A stretch of DNA of 64,000 nucleotides from Dokdonella sp. (GCF_017744955.1 NZ_JAGIAG010000018.1:235960-299959), one strand, 5' to 3'; counted from the first letter of the stretch, positions 17,383-26,323 are shown. Program-made: numbers and translations. The notes: generated by a model not told the origin, from the letters alone.

Positions 17383-19605
17383 ATGGGGCAGGATCGGATT
17401 ATTCGCCGCGCGGCTCGCATCGCGCTCCAACGCCTCGTCTTCCTCGGTGCAGCAGCGGCGCCGAATGGATACGCGGCACCGGTCGACATCGCAGGGCCAC
17501 CGGGAAGCGTCGCCTTCGGCATCAACGTCGTCGTGTTGCCGAACGGCAATTTCGTCGTCACCGACCATAAAGCGAACCTGACCGCGCAGAACGCGGGCGC
17601 AGTTCACCTCTATACGCCTGCCGGCGTGCTGATCAGCACGCTCCGTGGCGACAAGCCCGACGACTTCGTCGGCGGCGGCGGAATCGTCGTACTGAAGAAC
17701 GGCAACTTCGTCGTCCTGAGTCCCGGCTGGAACAACGCAACCTCCCTCCGAGCCGGAGCGGCGACGTGGGTCGACGGCGTTCGCGGACTTTCCGGCACGG
17801 TGTCCTCCGACAACTCGCTGGTCGGAACGCAGACCGACGACAACGTCGGTTCTCACGGGGCAACCCCGCTCACCAACGGCAACTACGTCGTCATCAGCTC
17901 CCGATGGAAAAACGGCGATGCCGAATCCGCCGGCGCCGTGACGTGGGCGGATGGTCGGTCCGGAGCCTCCGGCGCCGTCTCCGGCAGCAATTCGTTGATC
18001 GGAACGGCACCCTACGACTCGGTCGGCGATGGCGACTGGCCGCAGTCCGATCATGTCGTCGCGTTGTCCAACGGCAACTACGTCGTCGTCAGCTCGCGCT
18101 GGAGCAACGGCTCGGCGAACGCCGTCGGGGCCGTGACGTGGGGCGACGGCAACGTCGGCGTTCACGGCGAAGTCTCGACGAGCAATTCCCTGGTCGGAAC
18201 CAGAGAGAACGACAAAATAGGCTCCCACGGCATTGCGGTTCTCACCAACGGCAACTACGTCGTCACCAGCGCCTTCTGGCACAACGGCGAGATGGGCGAC
18301 GCCGGCGCGGCGACCTGGGTCGACGGCAGAAGAGGACTCTCGGGTGCGGTTTCCCCGCTCAATTCGCTCGTCGGAACGACCGGGGGCGACGCCGTCGGGT
18401 ACGCCCAATACGCGCGGACTACGGCGCTCGACAACGGCAACTACGTCGTTCCGAGCACCGGCTGGAGCAACGGCGCAGTCCGCTACGTCGGGGCCGTCAC
18501 GTGGGGTGACGGAACCCATGGCGTATCCGGGCCGATCTCCGCGCGGAACTCCCTGGTAGGAACCACGGATCACGATGGTGTCGGCGAGAGGCTCGTCGCG
18601 CTCGCCAACGGCAACTACGTCACGAGCAGCAGCACGTGGACCAACGGCAATGTTCAGCTCGCAGGCGCTGCGACATGGGCGGACGGAAGAACCGGCCTCA
18701 CCGGGCCCGTCACCACCGAGAACTCCCTCGTCGGCGTAAGGGGGGCGGATTTCGTCGGCACGGAGATCGTCGCTCTCGGCAACGGCAACTACGTCGTCTC
18801 GAGTCCGAACTGGAGCGAGGACGACGCCTCTGCTCGGGGCGCGGTCACCTGGGGCGACGGAAAAATCGGAACCACCGGTCCGGTCTCCACCCGAAACTCC
18901 GTCGTGAAAACCGTACAAAGCGACCGCGGCGGAATCGTTGCGCTGACCAACGGCAACTACGTCGTCGTCAGTCCACGTTGGTCAGACGATTACGACTCCA
19001 GACCCGACGCCGGCGCGGTGATGTGGGTCGACGGTAGCGCGCCGACGACGGGCGAGCTGTCGGCCGACAAGGCTCTGGTCGGCGTTCATTCTTTGGAACA
19101 GCTCGGCAGCGAGCCGGTCATCGCATTGAGGAACGGCAACTATCTCGTCTCGTCCCCTGCCTGGGGCATGCCTTCGCCGATCGGGGCCGTGACGTGGGCC
19201 AATGGCCGCAGCGGCCTCTCCGGAGTCGTGTCGTCCACGAACTCGATGACCGGGCCAATGGCGGAAAGCCCGCTGGGCAACAACGGCCTCGTTCCACTCG
19301 GTGACGGCAACTATCTGGTTCTGACGGCGCCCTCCATTGCCAGCCCGACACAGATCGCCACGGTCACGCTGGTCGACGGCGCTCGTCCGACGATCGGCAG
19401 CGCGCCGGTCGAGACCAGCATTCGTGGAATCGTCCCTTTCAATGGGCCAAAGCCAACCTACGCCTACGACCCTTCACGCCGTACGTTGCTGGTCGGCAGA
19501 CCGAGCGAAAACATCGTCAGCAAGACGACCCTGAAGTCCTCAGCGCATCCTCGTCATTCCGAGCGGCCCATTCCGACAATTCTTCTGCATTCGCGGCCGC
19601 GCTAG
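17383..19605 (+). CDS. Secreted tandem-repeat protein (about 11 copies of a 52-65 aa NGN[YF]VV / GAVTWxDG / NSLVG repeat), predicted beta-propeller-like, function unknown
   Basis: ATG 17383 preceded by GAGGGGGAAGG. Signal-like N-terminus RIALQRLVFLGAAAAPNGYA. The AACGGCAAC(T/A)(A/T)C motif recurs at 17542, 17698, 17875, 18070, 18247, 18433, 18607, 18781, 18949 and 19132. GC3-rich codon usage supports the plus frame. Confidence 0.75.
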   Translation: MGQDRIIRRAARIALQRLVFLGAAAAPNGYAAPVDIAGPPGSVAFGINVVVLPNGNFVVTDHKANLTAQNAGAVHLYTPAGVLISTLRGDKPDDFVGGGGIVVLKNGNFVVLSPGWNNATSLRAGAATWVDGVRGLSGTVSSDNSLVGTQTDDNVGSHGATPLTNGNYVVISSRWKNGDAESAGAVTWADGRSGASGAVSGSNSLIGTAPYDSVGDGDWPQSDHVVALSNGNYVVVSSRWSNGSANAVGAVTWGDGNVGVHGEVSTSNSLVGTRENDKIGSHGIAVLTNGNYVVTSAFWHNGEMGDAGAATWVDGRRGLSGAVSPLNSLVGTTGGDAVGYAQYARTTALDNGNYVVPSTGWSNGAVRYVGAVTWGDGTHGVSGPISARNSLVGTTDHDGVGERLVALANGNYVTSSSTWTNGNVQLAGAATWADGRTGLTGPVTTENSLVGVRGADFVGTEIVALGNGNYVVSSPNWSEDDASARGAVTWGDGKIGTTGPVSTRNSVVKTVQSDRGGIVALTNGNYVVVSPRWSDDYDSRPDAGAVMWVDGSAPTTGELSADKALVGVHSLEQLGSEPVIALRNGNYLVSSPAWGMPSPIGAVTWANGRSGLSGVVSSTNSMTGPMAESPLGNNGLVPLGDGNYLVLTAPSIASPTQIATVTLVDGARPTIGSAPVETSIRGIVPFNGPKPTYAYDPSRRTLLVGRPSENIVSKTTLKSSAHPRHSERPIPTILLHSRPR

Positions 19606-19646
19606 CGTCCGCCGTCGAGCGCTCATGGAGATGGCACGCACTTCAG

Positions 19647-21923
19647 TCAGCGATGCGATCGAAGCCTCAGCGCATCCGACCTCAGCCGCGGCGGCACGGA
19701 CGTGAACGGAGAGCCCACGACTTTCTGCGGAACCAGAGCATAGCCGACGTCCCCGTTGCCGACCTGCCCGAAAACCGTGCTGCCCCAGCACCTCACGACT
19801 CCGGCCACGATGGCGCACGTATTCCTGTCGCCGGCAGCGACACGACTCACGCCGCTGGACGCTTCCCTTACCCCGACCGCATTGGGCCGATAGTCCCGCG
19901 TTCCGTCGCCGAGCTGACCGTAGTGGTTGGCGCCCCAACACTTCAGGCTTCCGCCGCCCATCAACGCGCAGCCATGCGCGGCTCCCGCGGCGATCATGAT
20001 GATCTCGCCGTCGAGGCCGGCGACGTCCACGATCGCTGGCGCGCCATTTCCCCAGCATCTCACAGCACGGGATCGGGTGAGTGCGCAGGTCTGCTGCGCA
20101 TGGGCGCTGATTGCGACGACGTCCGTGCCCAGTCCTTGCACGTCGACCGGCTTGTTCCTGTTGGTCGTCGTGCCGTCGCCAAGTTCGCCGCTGGCGTTCT
20201 GTCCCCAGCATTTCACCCCGCCCGCGGCAGTGATTGCGCAGGAATGGTAAGCCCCCGCGGCAATCGCCTTGACGCCGGGCCCCAGCTCGATCACCGGGAG
20301 AGGAGACGAACGCCCCTCGATATCGTTTCCTACACCCAGCTGTCCGACCTCGTTGTTGCCCCAGCAGCGCACTTCGCCGTCCAAGGTCAGGGCGCAACTG
20401 TGGACGTAACCCAGAGCGAGTTCGGCGGCGTTTCCGTCCAGTCTCATCGTCGCGACCGGCGCGGCGCGGTTTTCCCTGTAGCCGTCACCGAGCTGTCCGA
20501 ATGCGCCGAAGCCCCAACACCAAACAGCGTTTCCCTGCGTAATCGCACACGAATGCGCCACGCCCGTGGCGACGGCGGTCAGAGGGGAGCCGATCCCGGT
20601 CACTGCCGATGCGGTCGAACGAGGACTCGTCGTTCCGTCGCCGAGCTCACCGAAGGAATTCCACCCCCAGCAACTCGCGGCTCCATCTGCGGAAAGTGCG
20701 CAGGCATGATGTTCCGCCGTCGCCACCTCGACTTCGCTCGCACCCAACCCGACGACATCCGTCGGGACTTCGCGTGTGATGGGAATGCCGTTTCCGAGCT
20801 GATTCATGCTGCCGCTCCCCCAGCAGCGCAACTCGCCCGTCCTCAATCTTGCGCACGTGTGCGAATAGCCGGCCGCCAACGCGACGACACCGGATCCCAG
20901 GCCCTCGACCTCGACTGCGCCTGAGCGGTCATTCGTCGTTCCGTCACCGAGCTGCCCGTCGAAGTTGGAGCCCCAGCATTTCACGGCGCCGCGGCCGGTC
21001 AACGCGCAGGTATGCCAATAGGCGGTGACAATGGCGATGGCGGCGTCCTCCAGCGCTGTTGCATCCACGGGCACGGGGGAGCTGCTCGACGGGGTTCCGT
21101 TCCCGAGTTCACCCGAACCATTGCCGCCCCAACACTTGACTCGTCCCACGACGGTCAAAGCGCAGCTGTGCCCCACGGCGAGAGAGACGGCTGCAACCCC
21201 GGAGTCCAGACCGACGACATTCACCGGCGTCGAGCGCTTCGCGAACGTGCCGTCGCCGAGCTGGCCGGATTCGTTCCGCCCCCAGCATTTCACTCCCCGC
21301 GCAGCCGTCAGCGCACACGAATGATCGGCTCCGGCAGCAATCGCCAACGTTCCGGGCCCGAGTCCCGACACAGGCACAGGCACCACGGAGTTCGCTTCGG
21401 TGCCATCTCCGAGTTGGCCGAATTCATTGTTGCCCCAGCACAGGACGTCACCCGCGTCGGTGAGCGCGCAGGCGTGCGTCGGCCCTGCCGTGATCGCACG
21501 CATCCCGGCCCCCAGTCCGGAAACGAGAGCGGGTCTTTCCGCAACCGTTTCGAGGCCGATGCCGACCTGGCCGTTGAGGCCATAACCCCAGCACTTGACG
21601 GCGCCCCGCGCGGTCAGCGCGCAGCTGTAGAACGCGCCGACGGCTATGTCCGTCACTCTGTCTTGCAGACCGAGCACGTCGACAGGCAACGAAGTGGGGT
21701 TGCGTGTGCCGTCGCCAAGGCCGAAATACGTGTTGTCGCCCCAGCATTTCACTCCACCGAGGGGAGTGATCGCGCAGGTATGTGCGAAGCCTGAGCTGAG
21801 CGATTCCGCCAGGGCATCGCGCGAAGAAGACAGCATCGCCAGAAAACCGAGGATCGCGATCGAGAAGACTCGTGCGATTCCGCCAGCACGCCGAGCTCCC
21901 GCGCGCAGTACGATCGTGTGCAT
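19647..21923 (-). CDS. Secreted RCC1-repeat (BLIP-II-like) protein, 14 repeats, consistent with two 7-bladed propellers
   Basis: 758 aa. N-terminal signal/TM (VFSIAILGFLAMLSSSRDALA). Fourteen repeats of the HxCA(L/I)TxxGxVKCWGxNxxGQLGDGT type (CWGDN, CWGYG, CWGNN, CWGRN, CWGGN, CWGSN, CWGSG, CWGWN, CWGFG, CWGNN, CWGQN, CWGNG, CWGAN, CWGST). Confidence 0.85.
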   Translation of the reverse strand: MHTIVLRAGARRAGGIARVFSIAILGFLAMLSSSRDALAESLSSGFAHTCAITPLGGVKCWGDNTYFGLGDGTRNPTSLPVDVLGLQDRVTDIAVGAFYSCALTARGAVKCWGYGLNGQVGIGLETVAERPALVSGLGAGMRAITAGPTHACALTDAGDVLCWGNNEFGQLGDGTEANSVVPVPVSGLGPGTLAIAAGADHSCALTAARGVKCWGRNESGQLGDGTFAKRSTPVNVVGLDSGVAAVSLAVGHSCALTVVGRVKCWGGNGSGELGNGTPSSSSPVPVDATALEDAAIAIVTAYWHTCALTGRGAVKCWGSNFDGQLGDGTTNDRSGAVEVEGLGSGVVALAAGYSHTCARLRTGELRCWGSGSMNQLGNGIPITREVPTDVVGLGASEVEVATAEHHACALSADGAASCWGWNSFGELGDGTTSPRSTASAVTGIGSPLTAVATGVAHSCAITQGNAVWCWGFGAFGQLGDGYRENRAAPVATMRLDGNAAELALGYVHSCALTLDGEVRCWGNNEVGQLGVGNDIEGRSSPLPVIELGPGVKAIAAGAYHSCAITAAGGVKCWGQNASGELGDGTTTNRNKPVDVQGLGTDVVAISAHAQQTCALTRSRAVRCWGNGAPAIVDVAGLDGEIIMIAAGAAHGCALMGGGSLKCWGANHYGQLGDGTRDYRPNAVGVREASSGVSRVAAGDRNTCAIVAGVVRCWGSTVFGQVGNGDVGYALVPQKVVGSPFTSVPPRLRSDALRLRSHR

Positions 21924-22279
21924 TTCCTATTCCCCGTCCCTGCATCGGTATGGAATCGCTGCCGCAGGAGGAGAGAAAGCCAGCGGCCTCACCTCCAGAA
22001 AGCGCGTGGCAGTATATCGTGGTCATTTCAATCCAAGTCCTCGAGACATCCCGTCGCGCTCCGGGATTTTTCGGTCGAACAGACCTCCGTATGAGCGTTC
22101 TCCAATGCCACATCGAGGTGCTGTTCGTCGCACATCCACAGGAGGCCGTCCCGAAGAGCGCCTCATTGCGTGACGAAGCACGGACATGCCGATGAAATCT
22201 GAGCGACACGTAACCAGCCGCCGCTCGCCGCACCGCGGCTGCCATACGCCCGCTCCGTCTCCTGGGTACAATTCGCGCC

Positions 22280-22843
22280 ATGCCCGAATCCACCCCGCTC
22301 ACGAACCAGCTGCTGATCGCGATGCCCGCGCTGCGCGATCCGAACTTCGCGCGCGGCGTCACCTTTCTGTGCCAGCACGGCGAGGACGGCGCGATGGGTC
22401 TGATGATCAATCGCCTGTCCGAATACCGCCTCGGCGACGTGCTCGCGCAGATGAACATGCACTCGGAGATTCCGGACGTCGTCGATGCGCCCGTGCTGAT
22501 CGGCGGACCAGTGCAGCCCGAGCGCGGCTTCGTGCTGCACACGCCGAACGGCGACTGGGAGTCCTCGTTCCGCATCTCCGAACGCGTGAGCGTGACGACC
22601 TCGCGCGACATTCTGGTCGCGATCGCCGCCGGCAACGGGCCGCGCCACGCGGTCGTCGCGCTCGGCTATTCCGGCTGGAGCCCGGGCCAGCTCGAGCAGG
22701 AACTGGTCGAGAACCACTGGCTGACCGCGCCGGCCTCCGAGCGGCTGCTGTTCGAGACGCCGCTGGACCAGCGCTGGGAAGCGGCGGCGAACCTGGTCGG
22801 CGTTAACCTGTTCCAGATGGCCAGCTATGCCGGCCACGCCTGA
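22280..22843 (+). CDS. yqgE: YqgE/AlgH-family protein
   Basis: 187 aa: LTNQLLIAMPALRDPNFARGVTFLCQHGEDGAMGLMINR, GGPVQPERGFVLH, LGYSGWSPGQLEQEL. Confidence 0.9.
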   Translation: MPESTPLTNQLLIAMPALRDPNFARGVTFLCQHGEDGAMGLMINRLSEYRLGDVLAQMNMHSEIPDVVDAPVLIGGPVQPERGFVLHTPNGDWESSFRISERVSVTTSRDILVAIAAGNGPRHAVVALGYSGWSPGQLEQELVENHWLTAPASERLLFETPLDQRWEAAANLVGVNLFQMASYAGHA

Positions 22844-23315
22844 GAATCCCGACGCCGCTTCAAACGCAGGTTTCGCGACCGGCAACATCCTCGCTTTCGA
22901 CGTCGGCTCCCGTCTGATCGGCGTGGCGCTCGGCAACCGCCTCACCGCCGGCGCTCGCGCGCTGGCCGCAGTCGCGAACGGCGACTGGCCGCGCCTCGAC
23001 GCGCTGGTCGCCGAATGGCGGCCGGATCGCTTCGTGGTCGGCCTGCCGCTCGCCCTCGACGGCGGCGAACAGCCGATGACGCGCGTCGCGCGCGAGTTCG
23101 CGCGCGCGCTCGAGCGCCGTCACGCGCGGCCGGTCGAACTGGTCGACGAACGCCACAGCTCGCGCGAAGCGGCGCACCGCTTCGCCGAACGCCGTGCCAG
23201 CGGCGCCGCCAAGCGCAAGCACGCCGCCGACATCGACTCCTTGGCCGCCGCGATCATCCTGGAACGCTGGCTGGCCGACGGCGCATCGAGCATCACGACT
23301 CCCGCCACCTCCTGA
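22827..23315 (+). CDS. ruvX: Putative pre-16S rRNA nuclease / Holliday junction resolvase-like RuvX (YqgF)
   Basis: 162 aa: ILAFDVGSRLIGVALG, FVVGLPLALDGGEQPMT, ELVDERHSSREA. Overlaps yqgE by 17 nt. Confidence 0.88.
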   Translation: MPATPENPDAASNAGFATGNILAFDVGSRLIGVALGNRLTAGARALAAVANGDWPRLDALVAEWRPDRFVVGLPLALDGGEQPMTRVAREFARALERRHARPVELVDERHSSREAAHRFAERRASGAAKRKHAADIDSLAAAIILERWLADGASSITTPATS

Positions 23316-23358
23316 CTCCGAACCCGCCTGACTTCGAACCCGCTTGACTTCGAACCAT
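23311..23358. repeat. Three tandem 16-bp units ending immediately before the pyrB ATG
   Basis: CCTGACTCCGAACCCG (23311-23326), CCTGACTTCGAACCCG (23327-23342), CTTGACTTCGAACCAT (23343-23358). The first unit overlaps the ruvX stop codon. Confidence 0.8.
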
Positions 23359-24282
23359 ATGCCCACGTCCGATCGCCTGCGCCACCTGCTGACCCTCGAA
23401 GACCTCGGCCGCGAACGCATCCTCGCCTTGCTCGATCGCGCGGCCGAGCTGCGCGCGCAGTTCCGCGCCGGCACGCTGCCGCCGCTGCTGGCCGGGCGGA
23501 CGGTGGTGAACCTGTTCTTCGAACCGTCGACGCGCACGCGCACGAGCTTCGAACTCGCCGCGCGCCGGCTCGGCGCGCTGGTGGTGAATTTCGACATCGC
23601 CAGTTCCTCCACCAGCAAGGGCGAGACGCTGGAAGACACGCTGGCCACGCTGGAAGCGATGGACGCCGACGCCTTCGTCGTGCGCCACAAGGAAAACGGC
23701 ACGCCGGCGCGCCTCGCCGCGCACGCGCGCCGCGCGGCGGTGCTGAACGCCGGCGACGGCAACCACGCGCATCCGACGCAGGGCCTGCTCGATCTGCTGA
23801 CCATGCGCGATCGCAAGGGGCGCATCGAAGGATTGACGGTGACGATCTGCGGCGACATCCGCCATTCGCGCGTCGCGCGTTCGGACGTGCACGGCCTCGC
23901 CGCGCTCGGCGCCGGCGAGATCCGCCTGTGCGGGCCGGCCGCGCTGCTGCCGGATGCGGGCGAATTCCCGCAGTGCCGTTCGTTGGAGGATTTCGACGCG
24001 GCCATCGAAGGCGCCGACGTCGTCGTCATGCTGCGGCTGCAGAAGGAACGCATGGAACGCCTCGCGTTCGACGAAACCACGTACTTCGCCCGCTACGGCC
24101 TGGACGCCAAGCGCCTCGCGCGCGCGCGGCCCGACGCCGTCGTCATGCACCCCGGACCGATGAACCGCGGCGTCGAGATCGCCTCCGACGTCGCCGACGG
24201 CGCGCAGTCGGCAGTGCTCGAGCAGGTCGGCAACGGCGTGTTCGCGCGCATGGCGGCATTGGAGACATTGCTGCGCGGCTGA
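23359..24282 (+). CDS. pyrB: Aspartate carbamoyltransferase catalytic subunit
   Basis: 307 aa from ATG 23359 (the track ORF begins at TTG 23344): NLFFEPSTRTRTSFELAARRLG, HPTQGLLDL, MHPGPMNRGVEI. Confidence 0.93.
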   Translation: MPTSDRLRHLLTLEDLGRERILALLDRAAELRAQFRAGTLPPLLAGRTVVNLFFEPSTRTRTSFELAARRLGALVVNFDIASSSTSKGETLEDTLATLEAMDADAFVVRHKENGTPARLAAHARRAAVLNAGDGNHAHPTQGLLDLLTMRDRKGRIEGLTVTICGDIRHSRVARSDVHGLAALGAGEIRLCGPAALLPDAGEFPQCRSLEDFDAAIEGADVVVMLRLQKERMERLAFDETTYFARYGLDAKRLARARPDAVVMHPGPMNRGVEIASDVADGAQSAVLEQVGNGVFARMAALETLLRG

Positions 24283-24403
24283 GCGTCGCTCGCGATCCGA
24301 TCCACCTGGAATGACGCATCCGCGCGCCGTTCCGTGATCCGTTTTCATCGACGGCCACACCGACGGCCGCCAGAATGTCGGTTCCACCACCGGAAGACGC
24401 CGC

Positions 24404-26128
24404 ATGCGCAGACACGCCAGGATTGGATTCATCGCCCTCACCGCCGCACTGGCCGCCGCCTGCGGCAAGAAGGCGGACAACGACGCCCCGCTCGCCTTCG
24501 TGCCGGCGGATACGCCGTACGTGATCGCCGCACTCGAACCGATACCGGAAGCGACGGCCAAGCATCTCACCGCGCAGGCGCAAAGCGTCTGGTCGGCGAT
24601 CTTTCCGATGTTCGATCAGCTCCTCGCCGATACCGGGCAGCTCAAGGACGAGGATGCGACCCCGGAACAGGTCGCGGAACACGCGAAGGTCCGGCGCGTG
24701 CTGAAGGCGGTCCTCGACGAGATCCGCGGCCGCGACACGCCGGAGAAATGGCGTGAAGTCGGACTCGGCACGCAGGTGCGCTCGGCGCTCTACGGCGTCG
24801 GTCTGCTGCCGGTGCTGCGCGCGGAGATTCTCGACGCCGACGCGCTGCGCGCGATGATCGCGCGCGTCGAGCAGAATGCAGGCGAGAAGCTGGCGACCGC
24901 ACGCGTCGGCGAACAGGACGTGTGGACGATCGGCAGCGCTCCGCTGCTCGGCCTGGTGGCGATCGAGGGCAAGCATCTGGTCGTCACCGTCGTCCCGTCC
25001 GGCGCCGACGACGCGACGAAGCGCCGCGTGCTCGGCCTCGACCGCCCGGCGCAAAGCCTGGCCGACACCGACGCGCTGGCCGCCTTCAACAAGGCGCGCG
25101 GCTACCTGCCTTACGGCAGCGGCTGGATCGACACGCGCCGCCTGCTCGCCCTGCTCAACGACGACCCGGCCGTCGAGGCCATCGCCAAGGCCGCCGACGA
25201 GCCGAAACCGGTGCTCGACGCGACCTGCCGCGGCGAGTTCGACGCGATTGCCGCGAAGGCGCCGCGTCTCGCGCTCGGCTATACGAAGTTCGACGCCGAG
25301 CGCATGACGATGCACATGCGCCTCGACCTCGATCCGACCCTGGCGAAGGCGCTCGCCGCGTTGCCGGGCGCGCTGCCCGGCAGCAACTCCGGCGATGCGC
25401 TGTTCGAGATCGCGTTCGCGCTGCCGGTACTGCGCGGACGCGACTTCCTCGTCGCGCAGGCCGATGCGATCGCCGCCGCGCCGTTCAAATGCGAGGCGCT
25501 GCAGCCGCTGAACGCGGAGTTCGCGGACATGAAGACGAAGATCGAGCAGATGATTCCGCCGCCGCTGGCCGATCTGGTCGGCGTGCGCCTCACGCTCGAC
25601 AGCCTCGTGCTGCCGGATGCGAACGACAGCGAGAAGTTCGACGTCTCCGGCCGCGTGCTGATCGGCAGCAACAATCCGACCTTCCTCACCGGCCTGGCGC
25701 AGATGTCGGTGCCGGCACTGCAGAAGATCACGCTGACGCCGGACGGCAAGGCCGTCGCGATTCCGTCCGACGTGGTGCCCGGCGGCTACGCGGAAGGCCG
25801 CGAGATCCACGCCGCGATGGGCGCGAAGGCGCTCGGGCTCGCGATCGGCAAGGACCAGACCGCCAAGCTCGAGACGGCCGTGACGGCGTCCGCGGCGACG
25901 TCCGGCACGATCATCGACTCGAACGTCAGCGGCAGCGTGTACAAGCTGCTCGGCGACGCGTTCGCGCTGTTCGGCGACAAGCTGCCGGACAAGGATCGCG
26001 CCGGCATCGACATGCAGCGCAAGCTCTATGCGATGTACGCGCAATGGTTCAAGCGCGTCGGCGGCGGCATGAGCTTCGGCCCCGAGGGCATCGACATCAC
26101 GCAGGACGTCGAGTACGCCAAGCAGTAA
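24404..26128 (+). CDS. Lipoprotein of unknown function (574 aa)
   Basis: Lipobox in MRRHARIGFIALTAALAAAC|GKK. GC3-rich frame with no motif I can assign. The 671-aa antisense ORF is an artefact. Confidence 0.75.
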   Translation: MRRHARIGFIALTAALAAACGKKADNDAPLAFVPADTPYVIAALEPIPEATAKHLTAQAQSVWSAIFPMFDQLLADTGQLKDEDATPEQVAEHAKVRRVLKAVLDEIRGRDTPEKWREVGLGTQVRSALYGVGLLPVLRAEILDADALRAMIARVEQNAGEKLATARVGEQDVWTIGSAPLLGLVAIEGKHLVVTVVPSGADDATKRRVLGLDRPAQSLADTDALAAFNKARGYLPYGSGWIDTRRLLALLNDDPAVEAIAKAADEPKPVLDATCRGEFDAIAAKAPRLALGYTKFDAERMTMHMRLDLDPTLAKALAALPGALPGSNSGDALFEIAFALPVLRGRDFLVAQADAIAAAPFKCEALQPLNAEFADMKTKIEQMIPPPLADLVGVRLTLDSLVLPDANDSEKFDVSGRVLIGSNNPTFLTGLAQMSVPALQKITLTPDGKAVAIPSDVVPGGYAEGREIHAAMGAKALGLAIGKDQTAKLETAVTASAATSGTIIDSNVSGSVYKLLGDAFALFGDKLPDKDRAGIDMQRKLYAMYAQWFKRVGGGMSFGPEGIDITQDVEYAKQ

Positions 26129-26138
26129 CAGGGATTGG

Positions 26139-26216
26139 CTCGCAGAGACGCAGAGCACGCCGAGAAAGCTGGTGCACCAACCAGTGCATTCTCTGCGCCC
26201 TCCGCGTCTCTGCGAG
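26139..26216. repeat. REP-like palindromic element, copy 1 (convergent terminator position)
   Basis: Arms CTCGCAGAGACGCAGAGCACGCCGAGAA (26139-26166) and TTCTCTGCGCCCTCCGCGTCTCTGCGAG (26189-26216). The outer 13 bp are perfectly complementary and the inner part has diverged. Shares the core CTCGCAGAG(A/G)CGCAGAG with copy 2. Confidence 0.75.
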
Positions 26217-26323
26217 AGCAGGCACTAGATGGAGAACGGAGAGAGGGGGTCGCAAGCAGGCGCCTCCGACGGCGCACCTGGGCGTTCTGGATCACCGGCA
26301 CGCCGTAGCGATCGAGGACGATC

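Noticed and set aside
17041-18918. 625-aa minus-strand ORF opposite the NGNYVV repeat gene
   Set aside because: The plus-strand frame shows an 11-fold periodic repeat with conserved motifs, a signal peptide and an RBS. The antisense frame is Arg/Asp/Gly/Val-rich without structure.
21924-22279. Search for a small gene, integrase remnant or tRNA at the right edge of the beta-propeller island
   Set aside because: Only short ORFs with implausible composition are present (for example 22023-22271, 82 aa). There is no recognisable motif and no stem-loop or tRNA-like structure. The region is treated as the promoter region of the RCC1-like gene and yqgE.
23311-23358. TTCGAACC-containing repeats as a tRNA fragment or an integrase att site
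   Set aside because: No cloverleaf can be drawn, with no acceptor or anticodon arms. No integrase or other mobile gene is nearby. The sequence is a simple 16-bp tandem triplication.
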